DNA of 48,565 nucleotides, from positions 1 to 48,565 of the forward strand of contig JBJFFE010000037.1 in assembly GCA_051891435.1 (NCBI GenBank). The letters are read 5' to 3'. Positions 32,443-44,000 of this stretch are shown piece after piece. The position numbers and the translations under genes are program-made. Each line of letters opens with the position of its first letter. Position 1 is the stretch's first letter. Origin of the DNA: Clostridia bacterium (lineage in GTDB: Bacteria > Bacillota > Clostridia > TANB77 > CAG-508). A model generated the notes under the pieces. The model made no database searches, was not told the DNA's origin, and worked only from the letters and a program-made list of their open reading frames with translations.

Positions 32443-32685
32443 ATGAAAAAAGTTATCAGCAATTCCCTGTGGACTGTCTATGTGATGGTCATCGGCATCG
32501 CCATCATTAGCCTGTATATGAGCAAATGGGTTCCTTTCGAGGAATATCAGAGTGGGCTTCGGCTCGCTATCGTAACTCTCTGGGTATATGGTGGTATCTT
32601 CCTTGGTCTTGGCATCTTCGCCATTGGCCTTTGGAACAACATTTTCTTCAAGGCAGCAACGAACTTGTTGCTGAAGAGAATGTAG
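32443..32685 (+). CDS. Orphan two-TM protein, 80 aa by triplet reading; contains in-frame CGG at 32560-32562
   Basis: Promoter TTGACT-17-TATAAT (32381-32409), GGAGGT RBS, terminator; visibly more GC-rich than neighbours. Confidence 0.6.
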   Translation: MKKVISNSLWTVYVMVIGIAIISLYMSKWVPFEEYQSGLRLAIVTLWVYGGIFLGLGIFAIGLWNNIFFKAATNLLLKRM

Positions 32686-32693
32686 CCAAAGCG

Positions 32694-32734
32694 AAAAGAG
32701 CGGAATCCTGCAAGTGCAGAGCCGCTCTTTTTTT
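32694..32734. terminator. Hairpin between convergent genes
   Basis: AAAAGAGCGG...CCGCTCTTTT followed by a T run. Confidence 0.6.
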
Positions 32735-32744
32735 ATGTATTTAA

Positions 32745-32915
32745 TTATTCTTCTTCTGGTGCTTCTACAGGACAAACTCCTGCACATGTTCCACATCCTA
32801 TACAAGATTCTTGGTCTATTACAAATCTTTCTTCTCCTTGTTTTATGCATTGTACTGGACATTCTGCTGCACATGCTCCACAAGATATACATCTATCTGT
32901 TATTTTATATGCCAT
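32745..32915 (-). CDS. 2[4Fe-4S] ferredoxin, 56 aa
   Basis: AYKITDRCISCGACAAECPV...CIGCGTCAGVCPV, clostridial type. Confidence 0.93.
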   Translation of the reverse strand: MAYKITDRCISCGACAAECPVQCIKQGEERFVIDQESCIGCGTCAGVCPVEAPEEE

Positions 32916-32935
32916 ATTTTTCACCACCCTTCATT

Positions 32936-32958
32936 GGGCAAGGGCTTAAGCCTTGCTC
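32936..32958. repeat. REP-like palindrome
   Basis: GGGCAAGGGCTTAAGCCTTGCTC; copy of 16668-16693. Confidence 0.65.
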
Positions 32959-33874
32959 TTATGCTTTTTCATTTTTCTTATCTATTTTATCTAGTTTTTC
33001 CATTTTTTGAAGTTCTTTTAAGTCTTCTGGATTTTCTACATTTACCTCTTCTTCTTTTTTAGTTCTTTTTATTACCTTTACCTCTTTTAAGTCATATCTT
33101 TTAAAGAAGGTTTCTTCTCCATCTTTAAATTTTACTTTTATTCTTTCTTTTAGAGTTTCAATTCCGGCAAACTTCACCTTTACCATCTTCTGTTTCTACA
33201 ATTGAGCCTATTCCTGGTATTTTTTTTAGTTTATCCTCATAAACTTCTTGTTCATATTTTAAACAGCACATCAGTCTGCCACAATTTCCAGATATTTTTG
33301 ATGGATTTAATGAAACATTTTGTTCTTTTGCCATTTTTATTGTTACTGTGTCAAAATTTCCTAAAAATGAGCAACAGCAAAGTTCCCTTCCGCAAACTCC
33401 ATTTCCTCCAAGTCGTCTTACTTCATCTCTTACACCTATTTGTCTTAATTCTATTCTTGTTTTAAATATTGCTGCTAAATCTTTTACTAAATCCCTAAAA
33501 TCTATTCTTCCATCTGCTGTAAAAAAGAATAATAATTTACTTTTGTCAAATTTATATTCAACATCCATAAGCTTCATATCTAATTTATATTCTTTTATTT
33601 TTTCTTCACATATTTTAAATGCTTCTTTTTCATCTTTTTTATTTTGTTCATTTTGTCGTTTATCTTTTTCTGTTGCAATTCTTATTATCTTTTTTAATGG
33701 AGCTACTATTTTTTCATCTGGTAATTGTCTATTTGCAATCATTACTTCTCCATATTCTTTTCCCATTGCAGTTTCAACTATTACATGTTGTCCTCTTTGG
33801 ACTCTCTTTCCATCTGGATCAAAAAAATATATTTTCCCTGGTTTTTTAAATCTAACACCTATTATATTAGCCAT
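32959..33874 (-). CDS. ricT: PSP1-domain protein RicT/YaaT, ~304 aa, +1 site at CGG 33166-33164
   Basis: RIDFRDLVKDLA, RQIGVRDE, CGRELCC, CGRLMCCLKYE; recoding joins GKGEVC-G-IETLKERIKVKF. Confidence 0.88.
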
Positions 33875-34748
33875 TTACTGCCTCCCATATTTTTAGTAAT
33901 AAATTATCTATTGACATATCATAATTACTATTCTTTTTTAGTCTATCTTTGGTTTCCTCTACAATGCTTATACAATCAATATATTTTGTATTTTCTTTTG
34001 TTTTATTAAATAATATTATATTTAAATAATTTAATATTTCTTCAATACTTTCTTTGTCTTTAAAAATTACATCTTTTTTATTTAGTAAATCTATAATACT
34101 TATTTTTTCTAAATCCGAAAAAGTATCTTTAACACTATTAAAAATTTCTTCTTTCCCTTGAGCTGTTAATGCTTTAGAAGCGCTTCCTTCTGCTAGTTCT
34201 AAAACAGTTTCTGATAAATTACTTTCATTTAGGATTTGTCTAATTTGGTTATTACTTAAACTATTAAATTTTATTTTTGTACATCTTGATTTTATTGTGT
34301 TTAATAGTAAATTTTCGTTTTCTGTAATTAATATTATTACCACATATTCTGGTGGTTCTTCTAATGTTTTTAATAAACTATTTTGTGCCTCTTTAGTCAT
34401 TTTTTGACTATCATTTATTATATAAACCTTTTTTGATGACTTAATTGGTTTTTCATATACCCCTTTTACCATTTCCTTTATAGTTTCTGTCTTTATACTT
34501 TTTTCTTCTTCATCTATTATTGTTATATCAGGATTATTCTCACCATTAAAGCTTATGCAAGCTTCACATTTATTACATGGTTTTTCTTCGCCTATGCAAA
34601 GTATTGCTTTTGCAAATTCTTTTGCGAACATGAATTTTCCTATACCATCTTTTCCTATAAACATGTAACTATGTGATATGTTTCCTGTTTTTATACTTGT
34701 TTCTAATATTTTTTTGTTGTTTTCATTTCCTAATATATTACTAAACAT
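33867..34748 (-). CDS. holB: DNA polymerase III delta-prime subunit
   Basis: HSYMFIG..GIGK, Cys cluster, AQNSLLKTLEEPP, TIKSRC; upstream of ricT as in other Bacillota. Confidence 0.88.
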   Translation of the reverse strand: MFSNILGNENNKKILETSIKTGNISHSYMFIGKDGIGKFMFAKEFAKAILCIGEEKPCNKCEACISFNGENNPDITIIDEEEKSIKTETIKEMVKGVYEKPIKSSKKVYIINDSQKMTKEAQNSLLKTLEEPPEYVVIILITENENLLLNTIKSRCTKIKFNSLSNNQIRQILNESNLSETVLELAEGSASKALTAQGKEEIFNSVKDTFSDLEKISIIDLLNKKDVIFKDKESIEEILNYLNIILFNKTKENTKYIDCISIVEETKDRLKKNSNYDMSIDNLLLKIWEAVNG

Positions 34749-34799
34749 TTTTTTCCTTTTTATTTTATATTTTTGCAGAATTTTCAACTTGCTTTATTG

Positions 34800-34920
34800 G
34801 TCAGCCGTTTTGTATATTTTATAAAAAATTAAATTTGACAGTCCTTTGAGACGGGGGAAGACCCGCGTACGCCTTGGAGAATTTAATTTTTTAGAAAATC
34901 ATACAAAAGGTAGGCTGACT
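34800..34920. repeat. Intergenic long-hairpin element, family C
   Basis: GTCAGCC.TTTTGTAT...ATACAAAAGGTAGGCTGAC; right end recurs at 15176-15201 and inverted at 5956-5976. Confidence 0.7.
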
Positions 34921-34933
34921 GGTATTGCAGTTT

Positions 34934-35581
34934 TTATTGTACTTTTCCAAATTTAGAAAAAGGCCAAAATCTTATCCATACTTTTCCTTCTATTTTTGAC
35001 ACTGGTATGCATCCAAAACATCTACTATCTGTACTATGTTCTCTGTTATCTCCCATTACAAAAACGTAGCCTTCTGGTACTACTATATCTGAATATACAC
35101 CATATGATCCCATATTAGTTACAACACCTTCATCTAAATAAGTTTCTTCTAATTCTTCCCCATTTAAATATACTTTATTGTCTTTTATTTCTATATGGTC
35201 ACCTGCCACTCCTATTATCCTTTTTATATAACTTGTTTTATTTATTTCTAAAACATAATACACAAATTTACTCCAAAGTCCTTTAGGTTCATTTTCATAT
35301 TTTGCTTTTGGATTATCAAAATCTACATTTGCAGCTGAAACAACTGAAGTACTTGGAGCTTCAAATGTTATTATATCTCCTCTTTCATATGTTCCTTTTG
35401 TTGTTCTCTTTATTCTACTTAATATTAGTCTATCTCCTGGCATAAATGTTGTTTGCATTGATTGTTGTTGTACTATAGTCGGAGTTCCCAAAAAATATCT
35501 TACTAATAAAGCTAGTACTATTGCAATTATTATGCAATATCCCCATTCTAATATTTCTTTAATTACAGCTTTTTCTTCCAT
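34934..35581 (-). CDS. lepB: Signal peptidase I
   Basis: TM helix, SM catalytic Ser box, YIKRIIG, MGDNREHSTDSR. Confidence 0.92.
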   Translation of the reverse strand: MEEKAVIKEILEWGYCIIIAIVLALLVRYFLGTPTIVQQQSMQTTFMPGDRLILSRIKRTTKGTYERGDIITFEAPSTSVVSAANVDFDNPKAKYENEPKGLWSKFVYYVLEINKTSYIKRIIGVAGDHIEIKDNKVYLNGEELEETYLDEGVVTNMGSYGVYSDIVVPEGYVFVMGDNREHSTDSRCFGCIPVSKIEGKVWIRFWPFSKFGKVQ

Positions 35582-35686
35582 TTTTTCGTTCCTCTTTTCT
35601 AATTAATTATACATTAGTATTTGAGATTTTACAATTAAAATATAAAAATTTTTATTAGTTTTATTTACCTTTTTGATAAATTGTAG

Positions 35687-35790
35687 TTTAGAGGTTAGAC
35701 ATTAGAAATTAGAGGTTAGAGAAAAGCAAGGCTTCGTAAGCAATCACCTTATATTTTCTAATTTCTAATCTCTAATTTCTAACATCTAAA
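35687..35790. repeat. Inverted arrays of degenerate heptamers
   Basis: Five TTAGAnn units, a ~35-nt spacer, then five nnTCTAA units. Confidence 0.7.
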
Positions 35791-35802
35791 TTATTATTTT
35801 CG

Positions 35803-37207
35803 TTATTCTTTCTCATTTACTGTTGGTATTGTTATTACTACTTCTGTTCCTTTTCCTACCACACTTTTTATATCTATTCTTCCACCATTTTTATCTAAAA
35901 TTTCTTTAGCAATTGAAAGTCCAAGCCCTGTTCCTCCTAGTTCTCTTGACCTTGCTTTATCTACTCTATAGAATCTTTCAAAAATTCTACTCAAATCCTT
36001 TTCTGGTATTCCAACACCTGTATCTATCACCTTAATATATGCATCACTATATACAAATCCTACATATATTTTTATTGTGCCTCCGTTTTCCTGTGTATTT
36101 TACACTATTTGATAATATGTTAAGAACTACTCTTTCTATTCCGTCTTTATCTGCATATACATTAGGAACATTTGCTGTTACAAAACATTCCACTTTTTGT
36201 TGTTTTTTATCCATTTCAATTTGCAAATATTCTTGGCATTTTTTTACAAGTTCTCCTAAATCAAATTCTGTTTTTTCCCATTTTGTGTTTGTATCATCAT
36301 GTTTTGAAAGTGTTAGTAAATCATTTACCAGTTTCGTCATTCTTACTGCTTCTGATGTTATTACATTTAAAAACTTTTCTTGTATTTCTTTATCATATTC
36401 CATTGTAGAAAGAGTTTCAGCATATCCCATTATAGATGTAAGTGGTGTTTTAAGTTCATGTGATACATCTGCAATGAATTCTTTCCTCATATTGTCTAGT
36501 TTTACATGCTCTGTTATATCTTGAATTAATACTATAATTCCAGAAGGTCTTTCATTTTCGTCTTTAAAAGGTGCGAAAAATAATTTTAAATATTTCTCTC
36601 CCACATTTGCTTTACTTTCACTTGTTGTCCAATCCTCTAAATATATTAATTTTTCCATGTTTATATTTTCATCTATTTTATTAAATATTTTTTCAAAAGT
36701 CTGCTCTTTTTCCCCTATATTTAACAATTTTTTTGCTGCTGGGTTAATATGTATAATATTGCCCTCCATGTTAAATGCTAATATACCATCATTCATATGA
36801 AGTAAAATTGTTTCCATTTGTTTTTTTTGTCTTGTCACTTCATTAAAATTTTCTTTTAATCCATTATTCATAACATCAAATGCGTTTGTTAGCTCGTCTA
36901 TTTCGTCTCTGCTATTATCATTATAGTCTTGCTCTTCATTTATTTGTTTTGCACTTTGAATTAGTTTTAATATTGGCTTAGATATTATTTTTTTGCTAAA
37001 CCATATTATAACTAAACATATAATAATAAATCCTATTATGGTAATAGCTAAAAATAGTTTTAAATTAACAATCTCCTCATTTAATATATTGTTATTTACT
37101 TGTAATTTTTCTAGCACTGCAATTGAGTATATTCCAAAAGCCCCAAACATTATTATTGCAACTATTATTATCATTAGTATTATTTTTATTTGTGTACTTT
37201 TTATCAT
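35803..37207 (-). CDS. Sensor histidine kinase (HAMP-PAS-HisKA-HATPase, WalK-like), ~467 aa, +1 site at CGG 36085-36083
   Basis: SHELKTPLT, N box NSVKYT; recoding gives KYTGK-G-GTIKIYV and joins DTGVGI, FERFYRVD, GGTGLGL. Confidence 0.88.
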
Positions 37208-37227
37208 TTTCTTCTCCTATACCAAAT

Positions 37228-37249
37228 AGGGTTCGGCATGCCGAACCCT
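37228..37249. repeat. REP-like palindrome
   Basis: Perfect AGGGTTCGGC-AT-GCCGAACCCT between regulator and kinase. Confidence 0.55.
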
Positions 37250-37265
37250 TAATATTTTATAAATC

Positions 37266-37988
37266 TTATTCTGTCTTTATATAATATCCTACTCCTCTTT
37301 TTGTTACAAGAATATCTGGATTTGCAGTATCTTTTTCTATCTTTCCTCTTATTCTTCTTACTGTGACATCAACTGTTCTTATATCTCCATAGTACTCATA
37401 TCCCCAAACCTTTTCAAGTAATAACTCACGAGTTACTACTTGTCCTTGTTGCATTGCTAAAAATTTTAAAACTTCAAATTCCCTTAATGTTAAGTCAATA
37501 ACTTTTCCATCAACTTTTGCTTCAAATTTGTCTAAATCTAAGTCCAATCTGCCAACGGTTATTTTTTTCGTTTCCATTTTTTCTTCTTGTGGTGCTAAAT
37601 TAACCTCAGATTTTCTTAAGTTCGCTTTTATTCTCGCCATTAATTCTCTTACACTAAATGGCTTTGTAATATAATCATCTGCTCCTAGTTCTAGACCTAA
37701 TATTTTATCTATTTCCTCATCTTTTGCTGTAAGCATTAGGATAGGAATATTAAGTGATGCTTTTATTTTTTTACAAACTGTTAATCCATCCATTTTAGGA
37801 AGCATTATGTCTAATAAAACTAAATCTGGTTTTTTACTTAAAGCTGTTTCAACTGCTTCTACCCCATCATTTGCCTCTAAAGTATTATAACCTTCTTTTT
37901 GTAAATTATAAACTAAAATATCTACTATAGGTTTTTCGTCATCAACTATTAAAATCGTTTTTTTATCTTTTTCTTCAAAATTCTCCAC
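37266..37988 (-). CDS. OmpR-family response regulator (WalR-like)
   Basis: VDDE, LLDIMLP, GADDYITKPF, VWGYEYYGDIRTVDVTVRR. Confidence 0.9.
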   Translation of the reverse strand: MENFEEKDKKTILIVDDEKPIVDILVYNLQKEGYNTLEANDGVEAVETALSKKPDLVLLDIMLPKMDGLTVCKKIKASLNIPILMLTAKDEEIDKILGLELGADDYITKPFSVRELMARIKANLRKSEVNLAPQEEKMETKKITVGRLDLDLDKFEAKVDGKVIDLTLREFEVLKFLAMQQGQVVTRELLLEKVWGYEYYGDIRTVDVTVRRIRGKIEKDTANPDILVTKRGVGYYIKTE

Positions 37989-38088
37989 AAAAGCCCCACC
38001 TTTCTTTATATACGACTTTTATATTTTAATTTATATCATATTAAAGAAATTAATACAAGATTTTTGTGACATTTTTATTACATTTTTA

Positions 38089-41000
38089 TTACATTACAAC
38101 CTCTACTTCATTTACCTTTCCATTATCAATAAGCTTTATTTCTTTATTTTCTAGTTCTTCTCCATTTAGGAACATTTTATCTACACCTGTATTTTTGCTA
38201 TTTGGATTCTTTATTTTTATATTGTATATGCTGTTTTCAAATTTGTATCTTATAGAATACTCTTTCCAGTCTTTTGGTATACATGGTTTTATTCTTAAAA
38301 TTCCTTTTTCTATATTTAATCCTAATATATCTTCTAAACCAACTTTACAAAACCAGCTACTTGAGCCTGTATACCAAGTCCAGCCTCCTCTTCCTTCCAG
38401 TCCCTTTGCTTCATATATATCTGCTGGTATAACATATGGCTCTACTTTATATTTTTTTGCTGAATCTTTCGTTCTTGAGTGTTCTATTGGATTTATCATT
38501 GTATAATATTCTACTGCTTTATCTCCAAATCCTAGCTTAGTAAATGCCATTATTGCCCACATTGCAGCATGTGTGTACTGTCCTCCATTTTCTCTTACTC
38601 CTGGTAGGTATGCTTTTATATATCCTGGTTCTATTTTAGATTTTTCAAATGGTGGATCTAATAATTTTATTAATCCGTTTTCTTTGTCTATTAATTGATT
38701 CTCTAAGCTTTCCATGGATATATACTTTTTATCATTATCTGCTGCTCCTGAAATTACTCCCCAACTTTGAGATATACTGTCTATTCTACATTCCTCGTTT
38801 TCCATACTACCTATTGGGTCTCCATTATCCATATATGCTCTTTTAAACCATCGTCCATCCCAGCCATTACTGTTTAATGCTTTTTTTAGTTTTTGTTTTA
38901 CATTTTCATATTTTTCTATTAAATCATTATCATCTTTTGTTTTACAAATTTCAATAAATCTATCTAATATATTATATAGAAAAAATCCGAAGCCAAATGC
39001 TTTCTCCTTTTTTATGATTTCCTACTGTGTTCATTCCATCGTTCCAGTCTCCGCTTCCAATCTTAGGCAAACCATTTTCTCCAAAGTTTAACGATTTTTC
39101 TATTGCTTTTATACAGTGTTTATACAAACTCTCTTTTATTTCGGATGCTTCGTATTTATCATACTTTTCATCAATACCGTCTGCCAAGAGTTCGCCTTTT
39201 AAATAAGGAATTTCTTCATCTAATATACTATAGTCTCCAGTATAATCTATATATTCACAAACTAAATAGCATAACCATAGTAAATCATCTGAAAATCTGG
39301 TTCTTATACCTCTTCCGAGTTTCTTCATGCCACCAGTGTTCAACATCTCCTTCAATAAATTGATGTTTTGCAGCTATTAAAATTTGTTTTTTCATGAAAT
39401 TTATATCTAAAAATTTTATACCTAAAGTATCTTGTAGTTGATCCCTAAATCCTATTGCCCCTCCGTGATTGATAATATCCAGATTTTGCCCATAACCTAG
39501 ATGTAATACTTTGATATGCTGCCCATCCATTTAGCATGATATTCATAGATTCTATAGGAGTACTTACATGGACTTTACTTAAAAGTTCATACCAATATTT
39601 TTTTGTTTTACTTAATTCCTCTTCACATTTTTTTATACTATTATATTCCAATGGTATATTATTTTCTATCTCTTTTGCACCTAGGTTTAGAACAATTTCT
39701 TTTGTTTCATATGGTTTTAATTTGACATCTATTTCTATTGCAATACAATTTTCTTTATATAGCCCATTATCATTATTTAATATTTTTTGTGGATTTTTTA
39801 AATTAGCTTTTCCAATAAATTCTTTCTTATCTCCTGTAAATTTTCGTATTGTTTCATTTGTTGTAATAAAAACTTCTTCGTTTTTCATATCGTTTTTATA
39901 TAAATTAATTGCTACAACGGAATTTCCTTTTTTCTCTACTTTTATATATCCTGAAGTCTTTATTTCATCCTCACCTAATACTGGTTTTATATAATATACT
40001 AGCTTTAAATTTTTTTCCTCATTTAACGTATTTTTTAGTTTCAATAGATTTACCTTTATCGTATCTTGTAGTGGAACAAAAGTTGTTAGTTCTTGTAAAA
40101 TGTTATCTTTAATGGTTTTTAAATTTACATATCCAAATCCATATGTTAAATGATATTCCTGATTTTTGCTTATGTTTTCAGATAAGCACCATTTTGCGCC
40201 ATTATCTACATTTTCTAAATATATTATTTCTGAAGGTATATCTTGTGAGGCTGTATTATTCCAAGCAGATACTCTATTTAACCTACTATTTTTATACCAA
40301 GTAAAACCACCTAGGTTTTGTGTAATTAAACTTCCAAATTTAGGATTTGCTAAAATCATGCTCCAAATTGTTGGCAGTTTATTATTTTTAGAAACTTTAA
40401 ATTTGTATTCTAAACCATCTCCAGAAAATCCCCCAAATTCATTATAATATTTTAAGTTGCTATAATCTTCATTTAATGTTTCTATATTTCCGTCTATTAC
40501 GGACAGTGGCAGAGCCCTGCCACTACAGTCCTTGGCAATCATTCTTCTACTTATGAATTCTTCTTCTAAATCTTTTAATTGTAAGTCTATATTTCCTAAG
40601 CTTGAATCTATAACCATATTTGCCCTAAATTCTAATAAATTTATATCGTCAGCACTTATCTCATTTTCATTTAAAACAAATATTCCTCCAAAAGTATTTT
40701 TTAAATATAAAATCTGTTTATTTTGTATTTCGCTATTAATTTCATTCTCTAATAAATGCTCATATGAGTTTATTTCTTTATTTAGAATCACTAATTCAAT
40801 TTTTATATTTTTACTTCTAAAAAATTCATAAGCTTTTAGAATATCTTTCAGAATATATTTTTCGTTGACGTCCTTTATTTTTAACAATAATATTGGCAAA
40901 TCCCCTGATATTCCAAATTTCCATAAATCACTTTGTGAATATATTTTATTTGGTATCATTTTATTTTCTAGACTTTTAGTTGGGTTTCCAAATAATAATA

Positions 41001-44000
41001 ATGTTAATATTTTTTGATATCTTTCTATATCATTTCCTTTTAGTCCTAAATAAATACTTTCCGCTTCTGTTTTAGCTCTTGATAGTTCAAACACTTTGCT
41101 AATAGCATTTGTGTTCCTATATTGTCCTAGCATATTTATAACATTATCTTTATTTTCTGAAACACATAAAATTAAGTCTACCACTGCCTTTTGTTTTGGT
41201 TCTATTTTTATTATCCTTTTTGTTGCTAAAATACTTTCTGTAACTTGTGATGAATTATTAGAAAATGGCTTATTTTGTGTAAGCATCTCCGGAATTTCAA
41301 TATTGCCTTGTCCAAAAAATTTTTCTTTATCTATTTCATACTCCAAGTCTCCTATTGTCTGATTTTGAGTATATAAGTTTACTCCCAAAAATGTATTTTT
41401 TTCGTTAGTTCCTCTTTTTTTCCTTTTTACAATTATTTCCCCTGTATCTAATCTTTCATATGTTAAAAATAGATTATTAAATGCAGGATGGCTATATTCT
41501 TGTGCAGGGCTTGAAAGTATAGGTTCAAAGTAGTTTATTACCTCTATAGTTTCTACTTTTTCTCCATTGTTTGTTATTTCTATCCTTTTTATTTCAATTG
41601 GCTCATCTGTAGATACAACATTACTTGTTTTTATTTCAAAATTTCCTACTGTTTTTATAAATTTATTTATATCTGGTGCAAATACAATTTTCCCAGTTTC
41701 TCCTTCTTCTAAATTTGCACTTATAAGCTGATTATTATTTAAATTCCTTATATAAAAGAAGTTTCCTTGTCTATAATCTGCAGTTTTTTTGTATCTATTA
41801 ATTAATAAATTTTTATATTTACTATATCCCTGTCCATCTGCTAAAGTACATACTGTGTACAATCCATTTGATATAACATTTGAACGTATTAATCCTGTAT
41901 TTAGTTTTGTATATACAGTTTCTTTATAGTTTTCATAATCTTTTACTTTTAATTTTTCTACTTTTTCCTTTTTCTCTTTTGTAACAATGGCTTTTTTAGG
42001 CATTCTTTCTTGCAACAATATATCTACTGCTTCTATTTCTGGGTTCTCATGGAATCTTTTTACTAAAATTTTATCATTTATAAAATTATTGATTGATAAA
42101 AGTATTAACCCTTGGTGATGTGCCATATAAGTTTTTACAACTCTTTTTTTTTCGTTTGGTTTTAACCTTGCTAAAGTATAGTCTACAGATTCATAAAATC
42201 CATATTTACCTAATAGTCCTTCTTTTTCTAATATTTTTATATTTTTTATACTATCTTCTATATCATATATTAAGCTTAAAAATACTGAATAAGACGATAC
42301 AACAACATCCTCATCTAATCCTCTTTTTAGTCCTAACCAAGGTACTCCAAAAGCTTTATATTGATAATTATTATTTAAATCCTTTAAACTAAATGCCGCT
42401 TCTGAAATTCCCCAAGGAATACCGAAGTTTTTTTGCATATTCTTTTTGGCTCATTATCATGAACTTACAAGATTCATCTATTAAACTTCCTTCATATGAT
42501 TTTATATTTACTGCTGGCATCAAATACTCAAAAGCAGTACCAGACCAAGATATTAGTCCTTTATATCCATTTAGGGTAGTTAAAGTTCTACTTAAAGAAT
42601 TCCAATGTTTTGATGAAATATCTCTTTTAGCTATTGCTACTAAGCTTGCTTGCCTTGCTTCAGATGCAAGTAAGTCATAATAAGAGTCAGTTAATTTATT
42701 TTCTTCTATATTGAAACCAATAGAAAATATTCTTTTTTTATAATCATATAAAATGGAAAAGTTTGTGTTTATAATTAATTTATCAACTATATTAATTAAA
42801 ATATTTATTCGTTCTTCTTGCTTTCTTTCTTGTAAAAATGTTTTTAATGTATATAAATATCCTACAAAATTTCCACTATCTACTGTTGATACATACCTTG
42901 GAATTAACGGTTCTAGGGTTTTTGTATTATACCAATTATATAAATGTCCATTCCACTTTGGTAGTTTTTCTACTGTATATAACATTTTTTCTAATAAATC
43001 TATACTTTCCTGTTCTTGTATATATCCTAAATCATATGCAGAAGCCACTACTAAAAAGCCCAATCCAATATTAGTTGGTGAAGTTCTTGGCGCAACTTTT
43101 TCTTTTCTATCTTCTTGATAATTATCTGGTGGTAGAAAATTATTTTTTTCATTTATATTTTCTTTAAAGAACTTCCAAGTTTTTATACCTATATTATTTA
43201 AGTATTCCTTATCTTCTTTTCTTACATTACATTTTTTTATATTTTCTTTACTTATTGTGTATGCAAAATATGGTGCAATTAGCCACAAAATAGATATAAT
43301 TAGAGTTACAATTTTAGCAAAATAAATACCAATTATAATTCCTATAACCCCTAGAATAATATTTGGCTTCATACATTTAATATATGATATTAAATCTGTC
43401 CCAGCTTGTTTTTCTGCATCTTCTGAGGTAGTCCATTCTAATAAATTCTGTTTAGATATTTTTATTCTATATATACTTCTAATAGCAGCATCTACAGTTT
43501 TAAATGCTTTGTTGGGCAAAAATATAAAATCTAATATTCCTCTAATTACACTTGCATTTAATTCGCCAATAACTTTTGTAATATTTTTATATGCCACAAA
43601 TAAAGAGCTTGGTGTGTTTTTCTTAAAAATTATATAATTTCCCAAATCTAATATACTTGGGAAAACAACTGCAATTACACCTAAAACAAATATGCTTGGA
43701 GCATTGTATAATAATCCTATAATAATCAATAGTAAAGCAAACACTGGCACTAGGCTTCTTCTTAAATTATCCAATATTTTAAATTTTGAAAGTCTATTTA
43801 ATGGATTTTGCTTTTTTGAACCATTTTTTATAATTATAGTTTTTTTTAGCCAATTTATTAATTGCCAATCTCCTCTAATCCATCTATGAAGTCTTGACAT
43901 ATAGCTATTATATTTAGCCGGACATCCATCAAGTAAAAAAATATCACTTGCAAGTCCAGCTCTTAAATAACTTCCTTCTAGTAAGTCATGACTTAATACT

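Noticed and set aside
32356-32892. 178-aa minus-strand ORF
   Set aside because: Alternative frame of the ferredoxin running antisense through the orphan gene
35687-35790. Possible CRISPR array
   Set aside because: Units are 7 nt with no unique spacers, and there are no cas genes in the window
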